Source: an uncultured delta proteobacterium (GTDB taxonomy: Bacteria > Myxococcota > Myxococcia > Myxococcales > Myxococcaceae). From it: a DNA stretch of 64,000 bases. Each line of letters begins with the position of its first letter. Within the stretch, counting starts at the first letter, position 1. Location of the stretch: assembly GCA_963713045.1 (NCBI GenBank), contig CAVQKE010000003.1, positions 192,001 through 256,000 on the forward strand, written 5' to 3'. The translations under genes were made by a program, and so were the position numbers. Below the pieces are notes generated by a model. It was not told the origin of the DNA and ran no database searches. It worked only from the letters and a program-made list of their open reading frames with translations. Positions 8,899 through 19,108 of this stretch are shown in pieces.

Positions 8899-11616
8899 GT
8901 GGTAATCGAGCGGCACTTTTGTCACATGGGTTGTGCAGTCAGCCGAACCTTGAGAGACCCGAAACCCGTGCTTGGGCAAACTCTCAGCGACGTCAGCGGA
9001 CGCCCTGCTGGAGACAGCCAGCCCAACAAAGACGGCTCGGCCGTACGCTCGCTAAGCGCCGCGCGACTTCGCAACGCCGCTGCGGCCTCGGTCGAGCAGC
9101 TCTTCCAGACGCTCCAGACAGGGCCAGAGGGGCTTTCGGCCGGCGTGGCCGAGGAGCGACTTGTCACCGGTGGCCCCAACCAGGTCGCTCACGAACGGGC
9201 GCTTTCCTGGTACCTCCAGCTATGGCACGGCTTCGCCAACGCCTTCTCCGCCCTGCTCGCGGTGCTGGCCACCGTCTCCTGGTTCACTGGCGACAAAGAG
9301 TCGGCACTCATCATTGCCGCGATGGTCCTGTTGAGTGGCCTTCTACGTTTCTTTCAGGAGCGCCGGGCCAGTCTCGCCGCTCAGAAATTACAGGAGATGG
9401 TCCGCGTCACCTGCACGGTCATCCGTTCGGACGAGGACAGGACGGTCGCCGAGCGAGAGGTTCCCATCAAGGAGCTGGTGCCGGGCGACCTGGTGAAGCT
9501 TTCGGCCGGCGACATGATTCCGGCGGACCTTCGTTTGGTCTCGGCCAAGGACCTCTTCGTCGCCCAGTCTGCAATGACTGGAGAGGCGCTGCCGGTTGAG
9601 AAGACGGCGGCCAGCATCGTCTCACCCGCCACCAACCCCCTCGAGCTGAGCAACATCGCCTTTCTCGGCACCAACGTAACGAGCGGGACTGCGCTCGGGC
9701 TGGTCGTCAACACCGGTCAGGCCACCTACTTTGGCCGCATTGCCGAGAGTCTGACCGGACGACGTGGCCTCACCAGCTTCGAGCAAGGCATTTGCGGCGT
9801 CAGCCTCCTGCTACTGCGCTTCATGGCGGTCATGACCGTGCTGGTTTTCCTCATCAACGGCTTCACAAAGCACGACTGGAAGGAGGCTTTCTTCTTTGCG
9901 CTCGCGGTCGCCGTCGGCCTCACCCCAGAGATGCTCCCGATGATTGTCTCCGGCACGCTCGCCATTGGCGCAGTTTCGATGTCCAAAAAGAAGGTCATCG
10001 TCAAGCGGTTGAACTCAATTCCAAACTTCGGCGCGATGGACGTCCTCTGTACCGACAAGACCGGGACCCTCACCGAAGACCGCGTGGTCCTCGAGATGCA
10101 TTGCGACGTCGTGCGCGAAGAGGACGAGGGCGTTTATGAATTGGCCTACTTCAATTCCTACTACCAGACCGGGCTTAAGAATTTGCTCGACAAGGCGCTG
10201 CTGGCACACGGAAGCGTCCCCACCACGCAGGTGACGAAAGTCGATGAGATTCCATTCGACTTCTCTCGCCGCATCATGTCAGTCGTGGTTGACATCGATG
10301 GACGCAGGAAGCTCATCGCTAAAGGTGCACCGGAGGCAATCTTCAATCGCTGCTCTCGGGTCGAAGTCAACGGTGAAGTGCAGGACCTTGACCCGCTGCT
10401 CCTGCCCGACCTGGGAGAGGAGCTGGACCATCTCCAGGCACAGGGTTTCCGCGTTTTAGCCATCGCCTACAAGGACGTGCCATCAGACCGGGCGGTCTTC
10501 ACCGGCCAGGACGAGAACGAATTGGTGCTTCGTGGGTACGTCGCCTTCCTCGACCCTCCCAAACAGTCCACCCGCCAAGCGCTGGCGGCACTCGACAAGC
10601 ACGGCGTTCACGTCAAGGTGCTGACCGGTGACAACGACATCGTCGCGAAAAAAATCTGCTCCGATGTCGGCCTCACCGTCGGGCGCGTCGTCCTTGGGCG
10701 CGATGTCGAAGCGGCGACCGACCACGAACTGGAGGAGCTGGTTGACCAAGCCATCCTCTTCGCCCGGCTCGCCCCTGCCCACAAGGAGCGGGTCGTCCAC
10801 GCCCTCCAGCGGAAAGGGCATGTCGTCGGTTTCATGGGGGACGGCATCAACGATGCGCCAGCGCTTCGAGCCGCTGACGTCGGCATTTCTGTCGACAACG
10901 CGGTCGACATCGCGAAGGAGTCCGCCGACCTCATTCTTCTGCAGAAGGACCTCCTGGTCTTGGAGGACGGCGTTTTGGAGGGTCGCCGGGTCTTTGGCAA
11001 CATGGCCAAGTACATCAAGATGGGCACGAGCTCGAACTTCGGAAATATGTTTTCCGTCATCGGGGCGAGTGCTTTTCTCCCCTTTTTGCCGATGATGCCG
11101 ATTCAGCTTTTGACGCAGAACCTGCTCTACGACTTTTCACAACTCGCGATTCCGTTTGATCGCGTTGACGACGATTACCTACTGAGCCCTCGGCGCTGGA
11201 AAATCGATGACATTGGGCGCTTCATGCTCCACTTCGGGCCGGTCAGTTCCGTCTTTGATTACGTCACCTTCGCTGTGCTTTTTTTTATTTTCAAGGCGAA
11301 CAGCCCGGAGCACCAAGCTCTCTTTCAGTCCGGTTGGTTTGTCGAGGGCCTGCTCTCCCAGACACTGATTGTCCATATGATTCGAACTCGGAAGATTCCC
11401 TTCATTCAAAGCCGGCCGGCGCTCGCCTTGGCGCTTTCGACGCTGGCCGTCATGGCCGTTGGAATTTTGCTGCCCTTTACCCGCCTTGGGCACTCCTTGG
11501 GAATGGTCCCATTGCCCCTGCAATTCTTTGGCTGGTTGGCGCTGATTCTTCTGGCGTATGTAATTTTAGCTCAAATTGTTAAAATGTGGTTCGTGCGTCG
11601 CTACGGCTACAACTGA
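8899..11616 (+). CDS. mgtA: Mg2+-transporting P-type ATPase (start uncertain)
   Basis: TGEALP, GLTPEMLP, DKTGTLT, KGAPE, GDGINDA, SSNFGN, QSGWFVEG. Confidence 0.95.
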   Translation: MVIERHFCHMGCAVSRTLRDPKPVLGQTLSDVSGRPAGDSQPNKDGSAVRSLSAARLRNAAAASVEQLFQTLQTGPEGLSAGVAEERLVTGGPNQVAHERALSWYLQLWHGFANAFSALLAVLATVSWFTGDKESALIIAAMVLLSGLLRFFQERRASLAAQKLQEMVRVTCTVIRSDEDRTVAEREVPIKELVPGDLVKLSAGDMIPADLRLVSAKDLFVAQSAMTGEALPVEKTAASIVSPATNPLELSNIAFLGTNVTSGTALGLVVNTGQATYFGRIAESLTGRRGLTSFEQGICGVSLLLLRFMAVMTVLVFLINGFTKHDWKEAFFFALAVAVGLTPEMLPMIVSGTLAIGAVSMSKKKVIVKRLNSIPNFGAMDVLCTDKTGTLTEDRVVLEMHCDVVREEDEGVYELAYFNSYYQTGLKNLLDKALLAHGSVPTTQVTKVDEIPFDFSRRIMSVVVDIDGRRKLIAKGAPEAIFNRCSRVEVNGEVQDLDPLLLPDLGEELDHLQAQGFRVLAIAYKDVPSDRAVFTGQDENELVLRGYVAFLDPPKQSTRQALAALDKHGVHVKVLTGDNDIVAKKICSDVGLTVGRVVLGRDVEAATDHELEELVDQAILFARLAPAHKERVVHALQRKGHVVGFMGDGINDAPALRAADVGISVDNAVDIAKESADLILLQKDLLVLEDGVLEGRRVFGNMAKYIKMGTSSNFGNMFSVIGASAFLPFLPMMPIQLLTQNLLYDFSQLAIPFDRVDDDYLLSPRRWKIDDIGRFMLHFGPVSSVFDYVTFAVLFFIFKANSPEHQALFQSGWFVEGLLSQTLIVHMIRTRKIPFIQSRPALALALSTLAVMAVGILLPFTRLGHSLGMVPLPLQFFGWLALILLAYVILAQIVKMWFVRRYGYN

Positions 11617-11774
11617 GCGCCTTGGCACTGGCAGCAACTCAAGGCACTCACAAGAACAAGCCGCGTTCGGCCACAAAGTGACGAACCGGTTGGCCAAAGG
11701 GGGGCGCACACAGGGCTTTCGAAGGCCGCTATGGAGCCCTGACTGACCGACCGTAGGCGGGCGGAGGGGCAGTG

Positions 11775-12473
11775 CTACGCCGAGCGAAGTCGGTCACGCC
11801 GGGTGACGCGTCCCTGGTCGTCCTCAATCAACAGGACATCGGCCTCCTTCAGAAAGAGGCCGTGGCCAATGACCCCCGGGAGCGCGTCGATTGACACTCG
11901 CAGTTGCTCCAAGTCCACGGCCGGGGACAACACCGCATCGATGATTGGGTTGCCGTTGTCGGTTTCATAGACGGCGCCGCCCGGCTTCAATCGCAGGGGC
12001 CCGTCGAGTCCTAACTGCCGCAGCGCGCGCCGCGTGGAGGCCAGACCGAAGCGCAGCACTTCGACTGGGAGTGGAGCGCCCTCTCCCAATTGCGAAACCA
12101 ACTTCGTGGATTGGATGAGGTAGACCCGGCGCGCTGAGGCGTCCGCGACAATCTTCTCTCGGGTCATCGCGCCTCCCCGCCCTTTTATCATCCGCATCGC
12201 CGGGTCTACGGCGTCGGCGCCGTCGAAGAGGTAGTCGACCGCCTCCACACTTTCCATCGCCCTCACGTCCAGGCCGAGACTGCGGCCAAGGGCGTCCGAT
12301 TCCTGGCTGGTGGCGACGCAAACCAGGGTGAGGTGCTCGGCCGACGCCCGCCGGGCGAGCGCCCGGATGGCCCGCGTCGCAGCTCGCCCAGTGCCGAGGC
12401 CAACCGTCAGTCCGTTTCGAATCTCCTCGACGGCAGCAGCAGCCAATGCATCGACACCGGTGACGCTCCTCAC
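11775..12473 (-). CDS. rpiA: Ribose-5-phosphate isomerase A
   Basis: GLGTGRA, DGADAVD, IKGRGGAMTREKIV, TDNGN, GHGLF. Confidence 0.93.
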   Translation of the reverse strand: MRSVTGVDALAAAAVEEIRNGLTVGLGTGRAATRAIRALARRASAEHLTLVCVATSQESDALGRSLGLDVRAMESVEAVDYLFDGADAVDPAMRMIKGRGGAMTREKIVADASARRVYLIQSTKLVSQLGEGAPLPVEVLRFGLASTRRALRQLGLDGPLRLKPGGAVYETDNGNPIIDAVLSPAVDLEQLRVSIDALPGVIGHGLFLKEADVLLIEDDQGRVTRRDRLRSA

Positions 12474-12588
12474 AGCGCATTCCTCCCCTCGGGCAATTCA
12501 AGCCCAAAGTCTAGCAATCCTCGACGAATGGAAGCCTCAGTTTCGCCGACGACGCGGCGGCCCGACGGCCTGCGATTTGGCCGTCCTG

Positions 12589-13347
12589 TCAGTGTCCATG
12601 TCGGCCGGTGCCCCCGCTGAAGCGCAGCGCGCCGGCCGTCGTCTCTCCGGAGGCCAGCGTCGCCAGCCCAAGTCTCACCTCGTTTCGCATCGCTTGCTCG
12701 TGTGGCAAGTCGAGACACTCGAGCATCGAGAGACGGTCGTTGCGAAGGCAAAACTGGGGCAACGCGCTCAGCTCGCGCGCCAGCTGTACCGACGCGGCAA
12801 GCGCCTCTCCGGCTGCCACCACCCGGTTGGCCAATCCCATCGCCAGTGCCTCGTCGGCGGAGACGGGCCGCCCTGTCAAGACCAGGTCCATCGCACGGCT
12901 GAGCCCCAAGAGGCGTGGCAGCCGAACGGTTCCCAAGTCCACAAGCGGCACACCGAAACGGCGGCAAAACACCCCAAAGACAGCCGTTGTGGAGGCGACG
13001 CGCAGGTCGCACCACAGGGCCAATTCCAGGCCCCCAGCGACTGCATAACCCTCCACCGCGGCAATCACCGGCTTGGAGAGGCGCATCCGGGTGGGGCCCA
13101 TTGGCCCGTCGCCCTCGGGAAGGACCGGTCGCGCCTCGCCCTCGGCGAGGGCCTTGAGGTCGGCGCCGGCGCAGAAGGTCCCGCCTGCCCCGTAGAGAAC
13201 GGCAACGGATGCGGTCGCGTCAGCGTCAAACCGTCGAAATGCATTCGCCAAAGCCAACGCGCTGGCGGCATCCACCGCGTTTCGACGTTCCGGCCGGTTC
13301 AAGGTGACGACAGCAACCGAATCTGCAACTGCGTACTCGACACTCAT
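12589..13347 (-). CDS. Crotonase/enoyl-CoA hydratase family protein
   Basis: TLNRPERRNA, FCAGADL, KPVIAAVEGYAVAGGLELAL. Confidence 0.93.
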   Translation of the reverse strand: MSVEYAVADSVAVVTLNRPERRNAVDAASALALANAFRRFDADATASVAVLYGAGGTFCAGADLKALAEGEARPVLPEGDGPMGPTRMRLSKPVIAAVEGYAVAGGLELALWCDLRVASTTAVFGVFCRRFGVPLVDLGTVRLPRLLGLSRAMDLVLTGRPVSADEALAMGLANRVVAAGEALAASVQLARELSALPQFCLRNDRLSMLECLDLPHEQAMRNEVRLGLATLASGETTAGALRFSGGTGRHGH

Positions 13348-13654
13348 CGACGCGACCCCCGCGCCGAGCGTCTAGTGCCTCCTTGCACCGCCTTCAATCG
13401 CTTCAAGACTGGCGGCGCGGGCCGAGCGGCAGTCTCTGCCGTCCAGCCACGGACGAAGCGGCCTCTCCGCTGACGGTGGAAGGCTATTCAGCGAGACGGC
13501 CAGTGAATCCGAACACTTAGGACATTCAGCCCCGGGGAGAATAGCGTGCGGCTCGGTGCGTCGAATGCGTTAGGTAGAAGATGGGGGAACGGCGGATGCA
13601 GTCCGATGGTACGGCGCGGAAGCCCGCGCTAAGGAAGTGGAAGGCGGTGTGACG

Positions 13655-14458
13655 ATGAAAGCGCTTCTTGCAGTTCTTCTGCTGCTGAGTCCGGCGCTCG
13701 CAGGGGCAGATGACTCCACCCCCAGCGTCGTCCAGCCCGCCTCGCCACAGCCGACGATGCTACCGCCCCAGCCTCCGGACAGCCCGGCGCCGCCGCCTGA
13801 GCAGCAGCAGGAAGTGGCCGACCAAGCCCCGGCCACTGGCCAGTGGGTTTACACCGGGCAGTATGGGTGGGTCTGGATGCCGTACGGAAATTCGTACACG
13901 TACCTGCCGACCGATGGTGGGTCCCCGGACATGTATGTGTACTACCCCAGCGTGGGTTGGTGCTGGGTGGTGGCGCCGTGGATTTGGGGCTGGGGCCCAT
14001 CGCCCTACTTCGGTTACTACGGCACAGGAGGCTATGGCTGGTACGGGTACGGTTATGGCCATTGGTATGGCTACTCTGGCGCCTACGGGAACTGGTACGG
14101 CCGCGGCTATTGGTCTGGCGGGAGCTGGCACGGCCCGGCGCACGGCTACCCGACGCCGTACCACCCTGCTTCTCCCCGGAGTGGATACGGCTATGCGACG
14201 TCTCACGGCGCCTCCACCGTCGGCCGGGGCTACTACGCGGCACCCCGCAGCGCCGGCTACGCCGCGCCCCGCGGCGCCGGTTTTGGCGCACCCCGTAGCA
14301 GCTTCGGCGGCAGTAGTAGCTTCGCGGGACACTCCGCGGGTTTTGCCTCGCATTCTGCGGGCGGCTTCGGCGGCCACGCCGGCGGAGGTTTTGGCGGGGG
14401 CGGCGGTGGGGGCCACGGGGGCGGCGGTGGGGGCCATGGAGGCGGTGGCCACCGCTAA
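13655..14458 (+). CDS. Secreted Pro-rich, Trp/Tyr/Gly-rich protein (paralog 1)
   Basis: Signal peptide MKALL..ALA; core GQWVYTGQYGWVWMPYG; Gly/His tail. Confidence 0.8.
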   Translation: MKALLAVLLLLSPALAGADDSTPSVVQPASPQPTMLPPQPPDSPAPPPEQQQEVADQAPATGQWVYTGQYGWVWMPYGNSYTYLPTDGGSPDMYVYYPSVGWCWVVAPWIWGWGPSPYFGYYGTGGYGWYGYGYGHWYGYSGAYGNWYGRGYWSGGSWHGPAHGYPTPYHPASPRSGYGYATSHGASTVGRGYYAAPRSAGYAAPRGAGFGAPRSSFGGSSSFAGHSAGFASHSAGGFGGHAGGGFGGGGGGGHGGGGGGHGGGGHR

Positions 14459-14746
14459 CGGCCTTCCTGGCCTGCGCTGCTGGTGCAGTGCAGGCCATCT
14501 CCGGGTGGCTTGTCCGCAGGGATAACCGACCGGTAGCCTTTGCGCACCAGGGGGTGTGTGAAGCACCTCAGCGCCTGAATACCCTCCCCGGGTGCGCCGT
14601 CCGAGGGGAAGCTTGCCGGTCCTAGCCTCGCTGCACTGCGCCGTCGGCCAGCGTAAATCCGGCCACTTAGCCCTTTGCTTTTTCGGCTGGGTTTGGCCCT
14701 CCAAGCGACATGCGTGCAGCCTGTTTCCGGTTAAATTGCGAGTGAA

Positions 14747-15526
14747 ATGACGAAGACGTTTCTGACGGTGCTTCTTTTGACCTTCGCGCCGGCGTTGGCC
14801 GAGGCGCAGCAATCGGCGGCTCCGCCGCCGGCCCCGCCTCAAACGGCACCGGCAGAGCCGCAAGCTGGCAGCGTGCCTCCAGCGCCAGCGGCGCCGGCGG
14901 CCGTGCCCCCGTCTTCACCCGCGCAGCAGCCCGTGTTGCGCGCTCAGGCGAGCGAGTTGCCGCAACCGGTGCAGCCCCCTGCGCCGCCACCGGCCAACGT
15001 CATTCCCTCCGCTCCTCCTGAGAACCCGGCGCCACCATCCGAGCAGTCTGCGGATGTGACAGCGCAGACGCCGGCGCCCACTGGGCAATGGGTCTACACC
15101 AGCCAATACGGCTGGCTTTGGATGCCTTACGGGAATGCGTACGCCTACCTTCCTCCCAATGGAGAAGCCCCGGACATGTACGTCTACTACCCCTACGTCG
15201 GCTGGACGTGGGTGGTGGCACCCTGGATTTGGGGCTGGGGACCGTGCCCGTATTTCGGCGTTTACGGGACGGTCGGCTTTGGCTGGTACGGGTACGGCTA
15301 TGGGCGCTGGTACGGCTACGGGGGCGCCTACGGCAATTGGTACGGGCGGGGCTACTGGGGTGGAGGGCGGTGGTACGGAGTGGGGGCGCCCTACCATCCC
15401 GCGGCACCCCGCGGTGCGTATGCGCCCGGCGGCGCGCACGGCGGCTACGCCGGACCCCACGGCAGTGCCGGCTACGTCGGCCACGGCGGGTTCAGCGGCG
15501 GGCACGGTGGCGGGGGCCACCGGTAG
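14747..15526 (+). CDS. Secreted Pro-rich, Trp/Tyr/Gly-rich protein (paralog 2)
   Basis: Signal peptide; core GQWVYTSQYGWLWMPYG nearly identical to paralog 1; also ends GGHR. Confidence 0.8.
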   Translation: MTKTFLTVLLLTFAPALAEAQQSAAPPPAPPQTAPAEPQAGSVPPAPAAPAAVPPSSPAQQPVLRAQASELPQPVQPPAPPPANVIPSAPPENPAPPSEQSADVTAQTPAPTGQWVYTSQYGWLWMPYGNAYAYLPPNGEAPDMYVYYPYVGWTWVVAPWIWGWGPCPYFGVYGTVGFGWYGYGYGRWYGYGGAYGNWYGRGYWGGGRWYGVGAPYHPAAPRGAYAPGGAHGGYAGPHGSAGYVGHGGFSGGHGGGGHR

Positions 15527-15548
15527 CTGGCGGTCGCCGAAGCAAGCC

Positions 15549-17588
15549 CTACGGGGCCGACATGACGAAGGCCAGCAGCAGCACCACCGCCCCCTGGTAG
15601 CCGACGTCGGGCTCGGTCAATTCCCACGAAGACGCCGTGCAGGCTGTCCCGTTCCACCCGCAGCCGACTGAAAAGTCTCGGTAGGCATAGGCGGGAAACG
15701 TTCGGTTGGGGATGACGTAAGTACCGTCGTAGTACCAGTTGGGTCCCCCGGGGACCAACCCCGGAGCCGGTCCATAGGTGGAGGTTGCGCTGTCGGCCGC
15801 GTAGTAGGGGTACAGCGGCTCGGTCACGCCCTGTGGCTTGCCGTTGTAGGTGGTGTTGCCATGGTCACCATCGTTGACGGTGAATGAGAACCAGCTATGG
15901 AAAATTTGGAAGGAAGAGTGCTCGCCGCCGTAAGCGGCCATGTTGGTCATGTAGACCATGTTGAGGGGATTGAGTCCGAGCAAAAAATGCACATGCTTTT
16001 GCGCTAGGTCCAGTACCTCCGCTTCGGTGTGCGAACCCAGGATGCCCTGTCGGGCCGCCATGAAGAGGTTGAGCCCGTAGTAGGCCTGGCTCCGGTTACT
16101 GCCCCAGCTCCAATCCCATCCGTTGGTGGAGCTTCCGAACATGCCACCGTACGGCCCGTCGGCCGTGAATGCCGGGTCAACCAAGCCTTGCTGCACCCCG
16201 GTTTGAATCTTGGTTTTCACGGCTGGCGTGCCGGAAGCATTCATCAGGTAGTGCCAAGCTCCGGTCGAGATGACCGACTCGCCTGGCGTGACGGTGTCGG
16301 GAATCATCCCGTCCCAGGTGTCCCACGGAAACGCATCCGCAAAGGCCTGCGCCGAGGCCGCAGTCGGGTCCATTCGGAAAACCGCGGAGGCCGCCGCCGC
16401 CTTGAGGTCGTTCTCGCTTCCGGTTGCGGAGTAACCGTTCAACCAATTCCAGCCAGCCGTCGCCGCTGCAGCGTAGCCGCTGGCGATGGTGGTCTGGCCA
16501 ATGGCTCGGAAGACAATCGCTGCGTGGGCTAGCGAGAGGACCGCATTGCCAGTTGCCTCCCCGATGGTGACTCCACCGCCAGACCAGCCGTTGCCAGAGG
16601 GCGAGGTGCAATCGAAGTAGACCCGTGCCTCATTGGACGCGCTGGGAGGTGAGGTCACCGTCGGATTGTCGCCCTTGGTCGAGGTCATGAAGTGCCCGTC
16701 GGGCCGTTGCATCCTGAGGTAGAAGTCGAGCTCCCATTTTGCTTCGTCGAGGATGTCGGGAATGCCGTTGCCGCTCTCAGGGATGTTGAGCTGCCCGTCC
16801 GTCCAGGCGGTTGGATTGATTTCATAAGCAAAGAGCATCTGCGGCACGCCGCGGCCCCACAGCGTCTTCTGGTAATCGCCTGCGTCGTGCCAACCGCCGT
16901 GAACGTCCAGAGGCCCATTGTCCGCTGAGCCCGGCCCGGCGGGAGCCTGAGCGTCCCCTGCATGGCAGGCCCCATCCACCCATTCGCCGCCGATGCCTGG
17001 AAATCCAAGCAGGGCGTCGCTTGCGAAGGGCAGCTGCTTGTCGTGATTGCAGCGTTGGAAATAGTAGGCTTTGACCGAAGCGGCCCCGACGATGTTGTAG
17101 ATGTCGTCGGCAATTCGAAAGACATAGGACCGGACATTGAGCGACGGGGCATACAGGTAGTAGTCACCCGGCGTCGCGTAGGCGGTGAAGTCGACCGTTG
17201 CGTATCCGTCGCCAGAATAGGCGTCGGTCTGCAACGGACTGCCGGCGGTATAGCTGGCCACCACGCGGCCACTCGCCGCATTGATGAGCTGGACGGCGGC
17301 CCCCGCATTCCCAAGGAGAACCCCGGTTTTCGTGTCGCCGGTCCGCCAACCAAAGTTGTCGACGCGAAAAGCGCCGGTCACGGTTCCCATCGGCGTTGCC
17401 GTGCCACCGTCTGTGCCAGGTCCGCCGTCGACCTGGCCGGCGTCCGGGGTGCCGGAGCCGGTCCCCGAATCAGGCCCACCTTCGGCATTGGTCCCGGGCG
17501 TGCTGACCTGTCCGCTGCAGGCGGCCCACCCGAGCCCGAGCACGCACATCGCAGTCTTTAGAAGTCGCCTCAAAAAAGCAGCTGGCAT
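15549..17588 (-). CDS. Glycoside hydrolase family 9 lipoprotein with N-terminal Ig-like domain
   Basis: Lipobox WAAC; YYFQRC, GGWHDAGDY, PDILDEAKWE, LLGLNP, TEPDVGYQ; start MPAAF tentative. Confidence 0.88.
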   Translation of the reverse strand: MPAAFLRRLLKTAMCVLGLGWAACSGQVSTPGTNAEGGPDSGTGSGTPDAGQVDGGPGTDGGTATPMGTVTGAFRVDNFGWRTGDTKTGVLLGNAGAAVQLINAASGRVVASYTAGSPLQTDAYSGDGYATVDFTAYATPGDYYLYAPSLNVRSYVFRIADDIYNIVGAASVKAYYFQRCNHDKQLPFASDALLGFPGIGGEWVDGACHAGDAQAPAGPGSADNGPLDVHGGWHDAGDYQKTLWGRGVPQMLFAYEINPTAWTDGQLNIPESGNGIPDILDEAKWELDFYLRMQRPDGHFMTSTKGDNPTVTSPPSASNEARVYFDCTSPSGNGWSGGGVTIGEATGNAVLSLAHAAIVFRAIGQTTIASGYAAAATAGWNWLNGYSATGSENDLKAAAASAVFRMDPTAASAQAFADAFPWDTWDGMIPDTVTPGESVISTGAWHYLMNASGTPAVKTKIQTGVQQGLVDPAFTADGPYGGMFGSSTNGWDWSWGSNRSQAYYGLNLFMAARQGILGSHTEAEVLDLAQKHVHFLLGLNPLNMVYMTNMAAYGGEHSSFQIFHSWFSFTVNDGDHGNTTYNGKPQGVTEPLYPYYAADSATSTYGPAPGLVPGGPNWYYDGTYVIPNRTFPAYAYRDFSVGCGWNGTACTASSWELTEPDVGYQGAVVLLLAFVMSAP

Positions 17589-17737
17589 CGGGTCGACGAC
17601 AAGCAAGCCCCAGGCCCGGCGATAGAGGCCTGATTTTGCGGGGTAGCTACCAAAGGGTGGACCACACCTGAGGTGGAGAGGCCCCCACACTGGGACTGGG
17701 CAAAGGCGCGACTTCGCTCGCCTGCGGCGCAGCCCGC

Positions 17738-18313
17738 CTAGTGACGCTCCTCGTTGTGCTGTTCCCCGTGCTGGGCTTCATGTGTCGGGGGATGCTGCTG
17801 CGGGGGCGGGCGCGCCTGTGGCTCCTCGTGCATCGGCTGCGCGTGAGGCGGCTGTTTCATCGGTTCTTCGTAATGCGCGGGGGGATAGTGCGCAGGTTGC
17901 CCGCCGTGGGGCGCGATGAATTCTTCGTGCCTTCCATTCCACGAGTGTCCGTAGTTGTACGCCCACTGCGGAGGGAGTCCCGGATGCCATCCCCTCCAGT
18001 TGGACGGGCGCCGGTGGTAGTAGTTGACGGGCACAATCAAAAGAGGCTGTGGGATGTATTCCGGCGCAACGAAAACCCACGGCCCGTTGTAGCCGCCGGA
18101 GCTGTACCAATTCCCGTTGGCAAAGGCCCAGTATTGGCCACCGTAGAAGAAGACATTGGCCGAGGCAGTCGGAACGTACTGGACCGCTTGGACCTCAGGC
18201 ACCACCACCAGCTGAGGGGGCGCTGGGAAGCTAAAGCCCAGGTTGACCTGCACTTGGGCGGCTGCTGGCGCAGCGAGGAGACACGCAAGAAGGGCGACCA
18301 GAATAAAGTACAT
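17738..18313 (-). CDS. Secreted aromatic/Pro/His-rich hypothetical protein
   Basis: GGAGGA RBS, signal peptide ending AAA-Q, PPQLVVVP and YNGPW motifs, His/Gln/Pro tail. Confidence 0.75.
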   Translation of the reverse strand: MYFILVALLACLLAAPAAAQVQVNLGFSFPAPPQLVVVPEVQAVQYVPTASANVFFYGGQYWAFANGNWYSSGGYNGPWVFVAPEYIPQPLLIVPVNYYHRRPSNWRGWHPGLPPQWAYNYGHSWNGRHEEFIAPHGGQPAHYPPAHYEEPMKQPPHAQPMHEEPQARPPPQQHPPTHEAQHGEQHNEERH

Positions 18314-18642
18314 CGACGTTTCCTCCGACCTCATCCGTTTTGTGTGACTTCGGCCCAGACCTAGTGACGGGAAGCCGAGTTGAGAAGCTAGCTTGGCGCC
18401 CGGCCCCGGTGGCAAGAGCCGGTCCTGGAAATATTGCCCTCGGCGCCGACACTCGTCGCGCAGAGACCGAAAATGCCAGCCATGCCGAACATAGAAATAG
18501 TGACTGCCTGAGCTGCCGGCAAGGAGGCGCAGACCCAGTCCTGTCAGACGCTGTTTCACGGCGCTTTTGGATTCAGGCGCCCGATGGGGTATTTGCGCGA
18601 CGCGAGCCGTCCCCGCAGTCAGCCTGGGAGCGCTTGAGGAAA

Positions 18643-18981
18643 ATGGGGAAATTCCAGATGGCGCTCCTGTTGACGTTCGGGTTCAGCCTCGTGGGCGTGG
18701 TCGGTGACTATTTCCTCAAAATCGCCAGCGCCTCGGAGCGACCGTTGAGAACCGCTGCGTTTTTCGTCGGTTTTGCGGTGTACGCCTCCACCGCGTTTGG
18801 GTGGCTCTTCGCGATGCGGCACCTGAAGCTGGCCACCATTGGCGTGGTCTACTCGGTGTCCATCATCCTTCTGCTGACAACTGTCGGCGTCGTCTTTTTT
18901 CATGAGCGACTGCGCCCCGCAGAAGTCCTTGGCATCGCCTTTGCCCTTGCTTCGCTCGCGCTGCTGGTTCGCTTTTCGTGA
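18643..18981 (+). CDS. Small multidrug/DMT superfamily 4-TM transporter
   Basis: GAGGA RBS; GDYFLK and FFHERL..E.LGI motifs; 112 aa. Confidence 0.8.
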   Translation: MGKFQMALLLTFGFSLVGVVGDYFLKIASASERPLRTAAFFVGFAVYASTAFGWLFAMRHLKLATIGVVYSVSIILLLTTVGVVFFHERLRPAEVLGIAFALASLALLVRFS

Positions 18982-19108
18982 GACTTCGGACGAAGGCGTG
19001 TCAACTTTGACTTTGCTCGGGGCCCGAGGGAGCGCGCGGAGGGGTTCGGGCCGAACCGCTCCGCACGACAGACGGGGGTGGGGCGCGCTCGAGCCCGCCG
19101 GTCTGTGG

